64,000 nucleotides of DNA. It comes from Acidobacteriota bacterium (GTDB taxonomy: Bacteria > Acidobacteriota > Thermoanaerobaculia > Multivoradales > Multivoraceae). The notes beneath the pieces were generated by a model that was not told the DNA's origin, ran no database searches, and saw nothing but the letters and a program-made list of their open reading frames with translations. The DNA is taken from positions 10,030 through 74,029 of the forward strand of contig QQVD01000007.1 of assembly GCA_003388555.1 (NCBI GenBank), given 5' to 3'. A program made the translations under genes and the position numbers. Of this stretch, positions 27,031 to 36,331 are shown piece after piece (within the stretch, counting starts at the first letter, position 1; every line of letters begins with the position of its first letter).

Positions 27031-29691
27031 TCAGCGCGGCGACAGCTCGAGCACGCTGCGCGAGCGCACGGCGGCGGCGTCGGGGTGGTCGACCTCGACG
27101 CGCAGCTGGCGCACGCCCTCTCCGGGCGACGGGGTGTAGGAGAGCAGGTAGTGGCCGGCGAGCTCGACGCGGATCTGCTCGTAGATGCGGCCGAGCGCGG
27201 CGGCGTCGAAGAGCTCGTAGAAGCGGCCGCCGCTCTGGCTGGCGAGCGTCTCGAGCACCGGATCGACGCCGCCCGCCGCCTCGCCGGAGCGCAGCCCGAT
27301 GGTGTAGATCAGCACGCCCTGGCGCCGTGCCGCGGCGACCACCTCGTCGAGGGTGAAGCGGCTGTTCTCGTCGCGGCCGTCGGAGAGCACGATCACGGCG
27401 CCGCCGCTGCCGCTGCCGCCGACCTCGCGCACGGCGGTGAGCACCGCGTCGTAGAGGGCGGTGCCGCCGAGCGGCCGCAGGCTCGCGATGGAGCGTTCGA
27501 GCGCGGCGAGGTCGCGGGTCAGCGCCTGGTCGACGGTGACGCGGTCGGAGAACGAGAGCAGCGCGACGCGGTCTACGGCAGCCGTCCCGGAGTCCCCGTC
27601 ACCGCGACCGCCCGCGTCTCCCGCACCCGCGTTCTCTGCCGCGGCGCCGGTTCCGCCGGTCGTCGGCCGCGCCAGGATCTGACGGACCAGCTCGCTGGTG
27701 GCCGCCTGCACCGTCGGCATCGCCTGCTGCATCGACGACGAGCGGTCGATCAGCAGCAGGGTCTCGAGCGGCGCATCATGGGCGGTGCTGAAGCCCGAGA
27801 TCGTCTGCGGCCGGTCGTCTTCGAACAGGGTGAAACGCGAGCGCTCGATGCCGGGAACCGGGCGGCCCCCGGGGCCGAGCACCACCGTCGGCACCAGCGC
27901 CACCTCGACCGCGATCTCTTCGCTGAGACCGCCGCCGACGACCACCGCCTCCTCGGCGCTGGCGCCGTCGGCGAGCGTCGCCACCGCGCGCACCACCGCG
28001 GCACCGCCGTCGGGTAGATCGATCTCGGCGGTGTACGGCGCCTCGGTGAGGGTCGCGACGCGCTCGTCGCCGAGGAAGAACTCGACCTTCGCCGGTGGAG
28101 TGCCGTCGGGTGTGACCACCTCGGCGCGGGCGGTCAGCGCGCCGGGGTAGATGCCGCCGGCACGCGGCTCGACGAGCTGCACGCGCAGACGCTGCGAGCC
28201 CTGGTTGAGCCACAACTGGTCGGTGGCCACCTCCTCGTCGCCGCGGTAGGCGATCGCCCTCACCCGGTGCGGCTCGGGCAGCTCACCGAGGTCGAGCTCG
28301 ACGCTGAACGGCGGTGAGTTCTTGGCGAAGATCTGCTGGCCGTCGAGCAGGAAGGCGACGCGGTCGATCTCGCCGGCGGTGCGGGCGCTGAAGCGCTGCT
28401 TGCCCGAGAGCAGGCCGCTCGAGGGCGCGATCAGCTCGATGAGTGGCGCGTCGCTGTCGAAGCGGTCGAGGCTGGGTCGGTCGATCTGAGCACGGCCCTC
28501 CGGCGACGGCACCTCGAAGGCGGCCTCGAAGCGGGCGTAGCGGTCGCCGTAGACGTCGTGGATGAGCAGCCTCAGCTCGACCGGGCCCGGCCGCAGGTAA
28601 CGCTCGAAGCCGAGTGGGATCTCCTCGCCCGCCGGGGTCGGGCCGTCGAAGCGGTAGTCGAACGACTCGAACAGCTCGCCGTCGCGCAGGATCTCGCCGA
28701 CGACGCGGAAGTCGTGGTGCGGTCGATCGCCGAAGTCGCGCAGGGTGGCGAGCTCGCGACGGATCGGCACCTCGACCTCCACCACGGTGCGGCTCTGGTT
28801 GCGGGCCGGGAACGAGATCGCGGCCCGCGCCTCGAACTGCGCAGCACCGTCGGGCACCTCGGTGGTGCCGCCACGGAAGGTGGCGAGCCACTCGCTCGAC
28901 ACCCGCGGCGGCGCCAGCACCTGGTCGAGCAGCTCGTCGTAGCGGGAGATCTGGCCGATCTCCGAGGAGGCGTAGCGGAAAAGCTCGTCGGCGCAGAGCA
29001 GCGAGGCGTCGCGCGTCGGCAGCCCGCTGCGGCGCGCGGTGCGAAGGTTCATGCCGGGACGCCAGACCTCGTAGGGCTGCGAACGCGCCCGTTGGAGGAA
29101 GACGATGGGGAAGCGTCGGTCGGTGCGCTGGCTGCCGCCGTAGAACCAGATCTCGATCTCGCTGGTGCGCGAGTAGCAGATCGAGAGGGCGCGTCCGTCG
29201 GGCAGCGTCCAGCGGCCGGGTGGGCCGTTGAGCAGGTAGGTCAGCACCCGCGGGTCGGCGGTCGTCGCCTGCGGGTTGCGCCGGCTCATCTCGTCGAAGC
29301 GCTCGCGCAGTTCGTTGCGCGGCGTCAGCCCGTCGGGGTCGCGCACCGCCCAGAACGCCTCGATGAACGCCTCGCGCCGGTAGTCGGCGTCGAGCCCCAG
29401 GAAGTACTCGAGCTCGGCCTGGGTCATCAGGCCCTGCACCCGCACCACCCAGTCGCGCTGCTCGGGCGGCAGCCGGTCGAGCCGTTCGCCGAGCGCCTGC
29501 GCCGCCGCCTCGCGCGCCTGTTCCGGCGTCGGCACGGGATCCTGGGCCGCGGCTTTGCCGGCCGCGAGCACGCCGAAGGCAGCAGCGACGAGGGCGACGA
29601 GGCGCGTGAGGGCGAGGCCGTGGGAAGCGAAGCGGTGGCTGCACCGGCGGGGGTGCGAGACGGAGGCGCTTTGGGCGGGGCGGAGACGCAT
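27031..29691 (-). CDS. GWxTD-like domain + Ig-like domains + VWA domain secreted protein
   Basis: FIEAFWAVRDPD..TPRNEL..YLLNGPP..EIWFY; C-terminal LLIDRSSSM, GGTALYDAV, LSDGRD (MIDAS). Confidence 0.85.
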   Translation of the reverse strand: MRLRPAQSASVSHPRRCSHRFASHGLALTRLVALVAAAFGVLAAGKAAAQDPVPTPEQAREAAAQALGERLDRLPPEQRDWVVRVQGLMTQAELEYFLGLDADYRREAFIEAFWAVRDPDGLTPRNELRERFDEMSRRNPQATTADPRVLTYLLNGPPGRWTLPDGRALSICYSRTSEIEIWFYGGSQRTDRRFPIVFLQRARSQPYEVWRPGMNLRTARRSGLPTRDASLLCADELFRYASSEIGQISRYDELLDQVLAPPRVSSEWLATFRGGTTEVPDGAAQFEARAAISFPARNQSRTVVEVEVPIRRELATLRDFGDRPHHDFRVVGEILRDGELFESFDYRFDGPTPAGEEIPLGFERYLRPGPVELRLLIHDVYGDRYARFEAAFEVPSPEGRAQIDRPSLDRFDSDAPLIELIAPSSGLLSGKQRFSARTAGEIDRVAFLLDGQQIFAKNSPPFSVELDLGELPEPHRVRAIAYRGDEEVATDQLWLNQGSQRLRVQLVEPRAGGIYPGALTARAEVVTPDGTPPAKVEFFLGDERVATLTEAPYTAEIDLPDGGAAVVRAVATLADGASAEEAVVVGGGLSEEIAVEVALVPTVVLGPGGRPVPGIERSRFTLFEDDRPQTISGFSTAHDAPLETLLLIDRSSSMQQAMPTVQAATSELVRQILARPTTGGTGAAAENAGAGDAGGRGDGDSGTAAVDRVALLSFSDRVTVDQALTRDLAALERSIASLRPLGGTALYDAVLTAVREVGGSGSGGAVIVLSDGRDENSRFTLDEVVAAARRQGVLIYTIGLRSGEAAGGVDPVLETLASQSGGRFYELFDAAALGRIYEQIRVELAGHYLLSYTPSPGEGVRQLRVEVDHPDAAAVRSRSVLELSPR

Positions 29692-29914
29692 CGGAGTCTT
29701 CTTGGGGGTCTCGGGGACTCGGGGAAGGTGGAGCCGGGCGCAGAACGGTGACGAGCGCAGGGTGGCGACGTCGGCGAAGCACCCCGCGGCGGATCGCCAC
29801 GCGGGAGAGTCGCCGCTCGGCCTTTGGAGATACGGAAGGGGCGACGGTTTCCGATGTGCCGGCCTCGAGCCGACCGCCGTTCCCCGCTCGACGTTCCCGC
29901 GCCCCCTTTAGGCG

Positions 29915-31258
29915 TCAGCGACGCACGACGCCGCCGATCTCCTCGTGCACGGTGACGATCTCGTCGAGCTCGAGCTCGATCTCCGTCCCCTCCGGCAGCT
30001 CGACGTCCTCGCCGCGCGAGCGTGCGACCACCGCCGCGGTGCTCGCCGCGGCTCCGGCGGCGGCGCCGGCGATCGCCCCCTCGGTGTCGCCGAAGATGCT
30101 GCCGAGGATGGCGCCGGCCACCGCCGCGCCGGCGATACGGAACTTGTCGCCGCGCTTGTCGGCGCCGAACTCGCGCAGCGAGGCGCGGATCTCGATCTCG
30201 TCGCCGCTGTCGAGCACGATGCGGTCGACGACGATGCCGAGCGTCGCCCGTCCGCCCACCTTGCGCAGCGGCTTGACTTCGGTGACGGTGCCGCGCAGTT
30301 CGGTGCCGGCCGGCACGATCACCGCGCCGGAGCCGTCGACGACGTCGCTCGCCAGCCGGGTCGAGAAGGTGTCGCCTACCTGCCGGTCTGCGCTGGAGAC
30401 GGTCTCGGTGAGCTCGATGGTGAAGCGCTGGCCGGGGCGCAGACGCTGCGCCGCTTCGCTGGCATCGACGGTCGGCCGCGACTCGCGACGGTCCTCGGCG
30501 ACCGGCGGCAGATCGGCGGCGCCGCCGCGGCCGGAGCGCCAGTCCTCGTCGCCGGTCCACTCGGCGGTCTCGCTGGGCGCCGGGATCGGGTCGGAGGCGG
30601 CCACGTCCTCGGCCGTCCGGTCGCGGTCGACGAGCACCGCCTGCTCGGTCCTCGGCTCGTCGGCGGGCGTCGCGGCGACGGATCCGTTCGGTGTGGCGGT
30701 CGACGTTCCGCTCTCGCTCTGCGCCCGCCGCGCCCGCTCGAGCTCGGCCTGCTGCGCCTCGCGGCGCAGCCGCTCCTGCTCGGCCTGACGCTGTGCTCTC
30801 TGCGCCGCAGCGACCTCGCGCTCGCGCAGCTCCCTGGCCGCGGCCTCACGCGCCTCGCGCTCGGCCGCGAGCTGCGCCTCACGCTCGGCGAGCTGGCGCT
30901 CACGCTCCTCGAGCGCGGCGCGCTCGGCGGCGAGGCGGTCGCGTTCGCTTTCGACGTCGTCCGGCACCAGCGGATCGTCGGCTCCGTCGCTCGCCAGCGC
31001 GTCGTCGACCAGCGACTGCGAGTCGGGGCTCGCCGGCTCGGGCGCCGCGGGCTCCGCCGTTTCCGAGGCTGTCGGTGTCTCCGCGGCGGTCTCGTCGTCG
31101 AGGATGCCGCAGGAGAGCGGCAGCGAAGCCGCTACGAGGAGGAGCGCTAGGGGCAGCGGGGTGGCTGCGGCTGCGCCACCGGCAACCGACGTCCCGCGGC
31201 CGGGTGTCCGAGATGGCTGCGTCGATCGTCGATCGAGACGTGGGGTGTTCTGCGACAT
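29915..31258 (-). CDS. Lipoprotein with coiled coil and VirB10/TrbI-like C-terminal domain
   Basis: Lipobox PLSC; coiled-coil middle; IELTETVSS..VGDTF..VIVPAGTELRGTV..glycine zipper..DVELPEGT. Confidence 0.75.
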   Translation of the reverse strand: MSQNTPRLDRRSTQPSRTPGRGTSVAGGAAAATPLPLALLLVAASLPLSCGILDDETAAETPTASETAEPAAPEPASPDSQSLVDDALASDGADDPLVPDDVESERDRLAAERAALEERERQLAEREAQLAAEREAREAAARELREREVAAAQRAQRQAEQERLRREAQQAELERARRAQSESGTSTATPNGSVAATPADEPRTEQAVLVDRDRTAEDVAASDPIPAPSETAEWTGDEDWRSGRGGAADLPPVAEDRRESRPTVDASEAAQRLRPGQRFTIELTETVSSADRQVGDTFSTRLASDVVDGSGAVIVPAGTELRGTVTEVKPLRKVGGRATLGIVVDRIVLDSGDEIEIRASLREFGADKRGDKFRIAGAAVAGAILGSIFGDTEGAIAGAAAGAAASTAAVVARSRGEDVELPEGTEIELELDEIVTVHEEIGGVVRR

Positions 31259-31725
31259 CGGAGGCTCCCTGAGAGGCACGAACGGCAGCGGTTGCACGGA
31301 ATGGAGGAGCGGCCGAGAGAACGAGCGGACGCGGCCGTCCGGCTGCGCGGCCGAGCAGATTGCTCCGCAGCCGACAACGCCGGCCGTCGGTGGCCCCATT
31401 CCGTACCGGATCCGCGCCGCGGCGTGCTCTCGCGCGGCGCTGTACTCTGAAACCTGGCCGCCTCCAGATGCGTTCTCTCAGTAGAGAGCAAAGAGTCGAC
31501 ACGCGCCGCGATCGCTGGGGCCCTCGCTCGCCCTCGCTCGGGGTCGGCGGCTCGGCGGCCCCGCATCGCATCGCGGCGGCCTCGTGACCGCCGCCGACTT
31601 GGCTGTACCGGAAGGGGTTCGAGTCGATCACCTTCTGCACCGCCATCATCCCTTCAGCCCCACGAACGCCCCTCGAACGCATCCGCGAACCTGCCACCAG
31701 GTCGCCAGAAACCCGGAGGAAGCCG

Positions 31726-33306
31726 ATGTCCCGCCATCGCACCCGCACCAACGCCATCCAACGTGCCTGCCTGGGCGCCGCTGCCCTCGCCCTGGTCGGC
31801 GTACCGGCGCTCGCCGCCGGTGCCGCCAACGCCAACCTCGACGCGCCCACCTATGCCGGCGAGGTCGCCGGCATCCTCTTCGACAACTGCGCCGGCTGCC
31901 ACCGTCCCGGCCAGACCGCGCCGATGTCGCTGCTCTCCTACCAGGAGGCGCGGCCGTGGGCGAAGTCGATCGCGCGCAACGTCGAGGACCGGGTGATGCC
32001 GCCCTGGCACGCCACCGGCGGCACCGCGAAGTTCGCCAACGATCGCTCGCTCAGCGAAGAGGAGATCGACAAGCTGGTGCGCTGGGCGAAGGCCGGCGCC
32101 CCGGCAGGCGACCTCGAGAAGGCGCCGTTGCCGCCCAGGTTCCCCGATTCCGAGTGGCGTCTCGGTGAGCCCGACTTCGTGGTCACCCTCGAGCAGGTCG
32201 ACGTGCCCGCCGACGGTCCCGACGTGTTCAAGGACCTGATCGGCAAGGCGGCGCTGCCGGAGGACAAGTGGATCACCGCGGTCGAGATCCTGCCCGGCAA
32301 TCCCCGCGTCGTGCACCACGTGATCACCTTCGGCGTCAAGGGCTTCGACGTCGACCCGCAGGGCGGCTGGCTCGGCGCCTGGGCCGCCGGCACCGCGCCG
32401 ATGGTCTTCCCGGAGGGCACCGGCAGGCTGCTGCCCAAGGGCTCGAACCTGGTCGCCGACATGCACTACCACCCGTCGGGCACCGCCGAGAGCGACGTCA
32501 CCAGGATCGGCCTGCACTTCGCCGACGCCGAGCCGGCCAAGGAGCTGACCAACATCTGGGTGATGAACGCCGGCTTCGAGATCCCGCCGGGTGATCCGAA
32601 TCACGAGGTGCGTGCCGACTACGTCTTCTGGCAGGACGGCAGGATCATGAGCCTGACGCCGCACATGCACTACCGCGGCAAGGACTTCCGCTACGTGCTG
32701 CATCGCGCCGACGGCACCCAGGAGACGATCATGGAGGTCGCCCGCTGGGACTTCAACTGGCAGACCGTCTACACACTCGACGAACCGGTGAAGGTGTCGC
32801 GTGGCGATCGTCTCGAGTGCATCGCCCACTACGACAACTCGGCCGACAACCCGGCCAACCCCGACCCGACCCGCGCGGTGACCTTCGGCGACGAGTCGTA
32901 CGACGAGATGATGATCGGTTTCATCGACTACATCGTCGACGACGGTGTGCGCCCGAAGTCGCCGTTCGAGATCCGCACCGAGATGATCGACGCGGTGGCC
33001 GCCGAACATCCGGGCGAGGTGTTCAAGATCTCCGGCAAGCCGCCGGAGAAGCGGGGCGAGCCGAACAGCTGGGCGCCGCTGCACCTGCCCCGTCAGGGCG
33101 ACGGCACCTTCTACGTGATCTCCAACGACACCCTGCAGGCCGCCGCGGTGACCGACATCCAGTGGTCCGGCGACTCGTTCACCTCGAAGGTCTCCCTCTC
33201 CGGACAGCAGTTCGACTTCAGCGGCGAGGTCAAGAGCGACGGCAGCATCGAGACCACCCTGCACCTGCCCGACAACGACATGCCGTGGACCGGCGAGAAG
33301 GTCTGA
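31726..33306 (+). CDS. Secreted cytochrome c / copper monooxygenase-like (PHM-fold) protein
   Basis: Signal peptide, CAGCH heme motif, MPPW, VVHH, MHYH, PHMHYRGK, WDFNWQ, DEMM. Confidence 0.8.
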   Translation: MSRHRTRTNAIQRACLGAAALALVGVPALAAGAANANLDAPTYAGEVAGILFDNCAGCHRPGQTAPMSLLSYQEARPWAKSIARNVEDRVMPPWHATGGTAKFANDRSLSEEEIDKLVRWAKAGAPAGDLEKAPLPPRFPDSEWRLGEPDFVVTLEQVDVPADGPDVFKDLIGKAALPEDKWITAVEILPGNPRVVHHVITFGVKGFDVDPQGGWLGAWAAGTAPMVFPEGTGRLLPKGSNLVADMHYHPSGTAESDVTRIGLHFADAEPAKELTNIWVMNAGFEIPPGDPNHEVRADYVFWQDGRIMSLTPHMHYRGKDFRYVLHRADGTQETIMEVARWDFNWQTVYTLDEPVKVSRGDRLECIAHYDNSADNPANPDPTRAVTFGDESYDEMMIGFIDYIVDDGVRPKSPFEIRTEMIDAVAAEHPGEVFKISGKPPEKRGEPNSWAPLHLPRQGDGTFYVISNDTLQAAAVTDIQWSGDSFTSKVSLSGQQFDFSGEVKSDGSIETTLHLPDNDMPWTGEKV

Positions 33307-33309
33307 GCC

Positions 33310-33442
33310 AAGGGACAAGGGACGAGGGACAAGGGACAAGGGACAAGGGACAGAGAGGGGTCAGGGGTCAGGGGTCAGGGGATAGGGGAAAGGGAAAAGG
33401 GAAAGGGAAAGGGAAAAGGGAAAAGGGACCCAGGGGAAAAGG
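33310..33442 (+). repeat. Purine-rich hepta/hexamer tandem tract
   Basis: (AGGGACA)n, (GGGGTCA)3, (GGGAAA)n. Confidence 0.85.
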
Positions 33443-33505
33443 TAGTAGGCCATCCTCGGCAGCGTCGGTGTGAGCCTGGGCGCCGGCGCCTCTTCCCAGT
33501 CTCCT

Positions 33506-33590
33506 CCTGAAGGCGTTCGCTTGACGAGACACCCCCACCTTCTTCCTCCCCCTGAAGGGGGAGGAGGCGGAGGGTCGCGGGCGCGAGGCG
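33506..33590 (-). repeat. Palindromic intergenic repeat (family A), copy 6
   Basis: CTTGACGAGACACCCCCACC..CCTCCCCCTGAAGGGGGAGGAGGCGGAGGGTCGCGGGCGCGAGGCG; tail also present at 26696-26721. Confidence 0.85.
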
Positions 33591-33659
33591 CCTTCGCGGA
33601 CGCGTCCATACGGGTCCGCCATACCGTCTTAGCCCGCAACCCGCTGGTACGCTCGTTCG

Positions 33660-34997
33660 GTGCACCTGAACGACAACCTGCGCCGGGTCGTCACCTCGCC
33701 GATCACCGAGGCCTACGGCTGGGTCGAGGGACGCGGAGTCAGCTCGGCGACCGCGCGCGGCGACGCCTCGGAAGAGGACGCGACGGCGCTTCTCGACGTC
33801 TCGCAGGCGGTGCCGGGCTATCCGCCGCCGCGCGAGCTGCGCGAGCACGTCGCGGAGATGGCGCGCCGCGACGACGCACACGGCTACACCGAGCAGCTCG
33901 GCCTGGCGGCGCTACGCCAGGAGCTCGCCGGCAGGGTGAGCCGCCTCTATGACGCCGCGGTGCCGATAGATCCCGGGCAGGTCGGCATCACCGCCGGCTG
34001 CAACCAGGCCTTCTGCCTGGTGGTCTCGGCCCTCGCCGCGCCCGGCGACGAGGTGGTGCTGCCGGCGCCCTACTACTTCAACCACGACATGTGGCTGCGC
34101 GCCCAGGGCGTCGTGCCGGTCTACCTGCCCTGCGACGCGGCCCAGCAGCCGCGCCTCGAGCTGCTGCCCGAGCTGCTCGGCGCGCGCACTCGGGCCCTGG
34201 TGCTGGTGACTCCCAACAACCCCACCGGCGCGGTGTACTCCGAGGCCCTCCTGCAGAGGGTCTTCGCCCTGTGCGCCGACGCCGGGATCGCGCTGGTGGT
34301 CGACGAGACCTACCGCGACTTCCTGCCCGGCGGCCACCGGGAGGCACGGGCCGATGCGAGCGCCACCGGCGCAGCGGCGGCCGTGTCCTCAGCGCCGGGG
34401 CCCGCGGCCGAAGCGCCGCACGGCCTGTTCCGCGACCCACGGTGGGATCGCACCCTGGTGCAGCTCTACAGCTTCTCGAAGGTCTACTGCCTCGCCGGCT
34501 ACCGCGTTGGCGCGATCGTCGGCTCGCCGGCGCTGCTCGAGCAGGTGGCCAAAGTGATGGACTGCGTGGCGATCTGCCCGCCGCGCCTGGCGCAGGAGGC
34601 GGCCCTCTACGGGCTGCGCCACCTGGATTCCTGGGTCAGCTCCAACCGTGACGAGATGGCGGCTCGACTCGAGGCCTTCCATGCCGCGCTGGACGCGGCG
34701 CCGGGCGGCGAGGCCGCGGGGCGATGGAAGATCGCCGGCTCCGGTGCGTACTTCGCCTACGTGCGGCATCCGTGGGATGGCATCGACTCACGCACCGCGG
34801 CGAGGCACCTGGCACGGCGTCACCGGATCCTGGCGCTCGCTGGCGGCATGTTCGGCCCCGGGCAGGAGCGCTACCTGCGGGTGGCCTTCGCCAACCTGGG
34901 TCGCCAGCGGATCGACACCCTGGCGCAGCGCCTCGGCTCCTGCGCCGGCGACCCGCCTCGCGAGGTGGTCGAGCAGCCGGTGCAGACGTCACCCTGA
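33660..34997 (+). CDS. Class I/II PLP-dependent aminotransferase
   Basis: ITAGCNQAF, LVTPNNPTG, VDETY, YSFSKVYCLAGYRVG. Confidence 0.92.
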   Translation: MHLNDNLRRVVTSPITEAYGWVEGRGVSSATARGDASEEDATALLDVSQAVPGYPPPRELREHVAEMARRDDAHGYTEQLGLAALRQELAGRVSRLYDAAVPIDPGQVGITAGCNQAFCLVVSALAAPGDEVVLPAPYYFNHDMWLRAQGVVPVYLPCDAAQQPRLELLPELLGARTRALVLVTPNNPTGAVYSEALLQRVFALCADAGIALVVDETYRDFLPGGHREARADASATGAAAAVSSAPGPAAEAPHGLFRDPRWDRTLVQLYSFSKVYCLAGYRVGAIVGSPALLEQVAKVMDCVAICPPRLAQEAALYGLRHLDSWVSSNRDEMAARLEAFHAALDAAPGGEAAGRWKIAGSGAYFAYVRHPWDGIDSRTAARHLARRHRILALAGGMFGPGQERYLRVAFANLGRQRIDTLAQRLGSCAGDPPREVVEQPVQTSP

Positions 34998-35063
34998 AGA
35001 GGGAGCGCCTGCGGCTGCAGGAGGGACGAGCGGGACGGTATGGAAGAGAGTGAGGAGGGCGCG

Positions 35064-35657
35064 ATGAAGGTCGGAACGGTACTGATGGTCATCCTGGTGC
35101 TGGCGCTGCTGCTGGTCGGCGGCGCCGCGTGGTCGACGCACAACCGGTTGGTGGGCCTGGACGAGGGCGTCTCCTCGGCCTGGGCGCAGGTCGAGAACGC
35201 CTACCAGCGGCGCGCCGACCTGATCCCCAACCTGGTCGCCACGGTGCAGGGCGCCGCGGACTTCGAGCGCGAGACCCTGGAGTCGGTGGTGCGGGCGCGT
35301 GCCCAGGCGACCCAGACGACTTTCGAGGGGCCGCCCGATGCCGAACAGCTGGCGCGGTTCCAGGAGGCGCAGGGAGAGCTCGGCTCGGCTCTGGCCCGTC
35401 TGCTCGTGGTCGTCGAGCGCTATCCCGAGTTGCGCGCCACCGAGGCGTTCCGCGACCTCCAGGCGCAGCTCGAAGGCACCGAGAACCGCATCGCGGTCGA
35501 GCGCCGTCGCTTCAACGAGGCGGCGCAGGAGCTCAATTCGGCGGTGCGCCGGTTCCCGGCCAGCATCTTCGCCGGCTGGTTCGGCTTCGAGCGCCGGCCC
35601 TACTTCGAGGCCGACGAAGGCAGCGAAGAGCCGCCGCAGGTCGAGTTCGGAGGCTGA
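35064..35657 (+). CDS. lemA: LemA family protein
   Basis: WAQVENAYQRRADLIPNLV..ERYPEL..LEGTENRIAVERRRFN. Confidence 0.95.
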   Translation: MKVGTVLMVILVLALLLVGGAAWSTHNRLVGLDEGVSSAWAQVENAYQRRADLIPNLVATVQGAADFERETLESVVRARAQATQTTFEGPPDAEQLARFQEAQGELGSALARLLVVVERYPELRATEAFRDLQAQLEGTENRIAVERRRFNEAAQELNSAVRRFPASIFAGWFGFERRPYFEADEGSEEPPQVEFGG

Positions 35658-35662
35658 CCGCA

Positions 35663-36331
35663 GTGCAGGTGGAGCGATACCTCGGTGAGGACGAGCTCGA
35701 GCGCGTGCGCTCGGCGGTGGCTGCCGCCGAGCAGCGGACGTCGGGCGAGATCGTCACCTACCTGGTCGGTCGCTGCGATTCCTACCCCGAGTCGCCCCTG
35801 CGTGCAGGGATCGTCGGCGGTGCGGTGACCCTCGCCGCGAGCATGCTGGTCTTCCTGTTCGCTCCGCTGTGGATCTCGTTCTCGAGCGAGGCCGGCTTCG
35901 CCCTGGTTCTAGCCGCGCCGGTGCTGATCGGCGCGCTGTGCGCGGGCGTCTGCGCCGCCAGCGAGCGGCTGCAGCGTCTGCTGCTCGATCGCTCCGACCT
36001 CGAGCACCGGGTGCGCCAGCGCGCCGAGGCCGCCTTCCTCGAGCAGGAGGTCTTCGCCACCCGCGAGCGCACCGGGGTGCTCCTCTTCCTGGCGCTGTTC
36101 GAGCGCCGCGCCGTGGTGCTCGCCGACAGCGGCATCGCCGCGAGGCTGCCCGAGTCGGCCTGGCGGGAGGTGGTCGACGAGCTGTGCGGCGGCATGCGCC
36201 GCGGCGAGGTGGCGGCGAGCCTGGAGCGCGCCGTCGACCGCGTCGCGGCGCTGCTCGAGGGAGCGGGGGTCGAGCGCCGCCCCGACGACGAGCAGGAGCT
36301 CACCGACCGGCCGACGGTGCGCGAGCGATGA
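35663..36331 (+). CDS. TPM domain membrane protein
   Basis: AAAEQRTSGEIV..TRERTGVLLFLALFERRAVVLADSGI; in the lemA operon. Confidence 0.88.
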   Translation: MQVERYLGEDELERVRSAVAAAEQRTSGEIVTYLVGRCDSYPESPLRAGIVGGAVTLAASMLVFLFAPLWISFSSEAGFALVLAAPVLIGALCAGVCAASERLQRLLLDRSDLEHRVRQRAEAAFLEQEVFATRERTGVLLFLALFERRAVVLADSGIAARLPESAWREVVDELCGGMRRGEVAASLERAVDRVAALLEGAGVERRPDDEQELTDRPTVRER

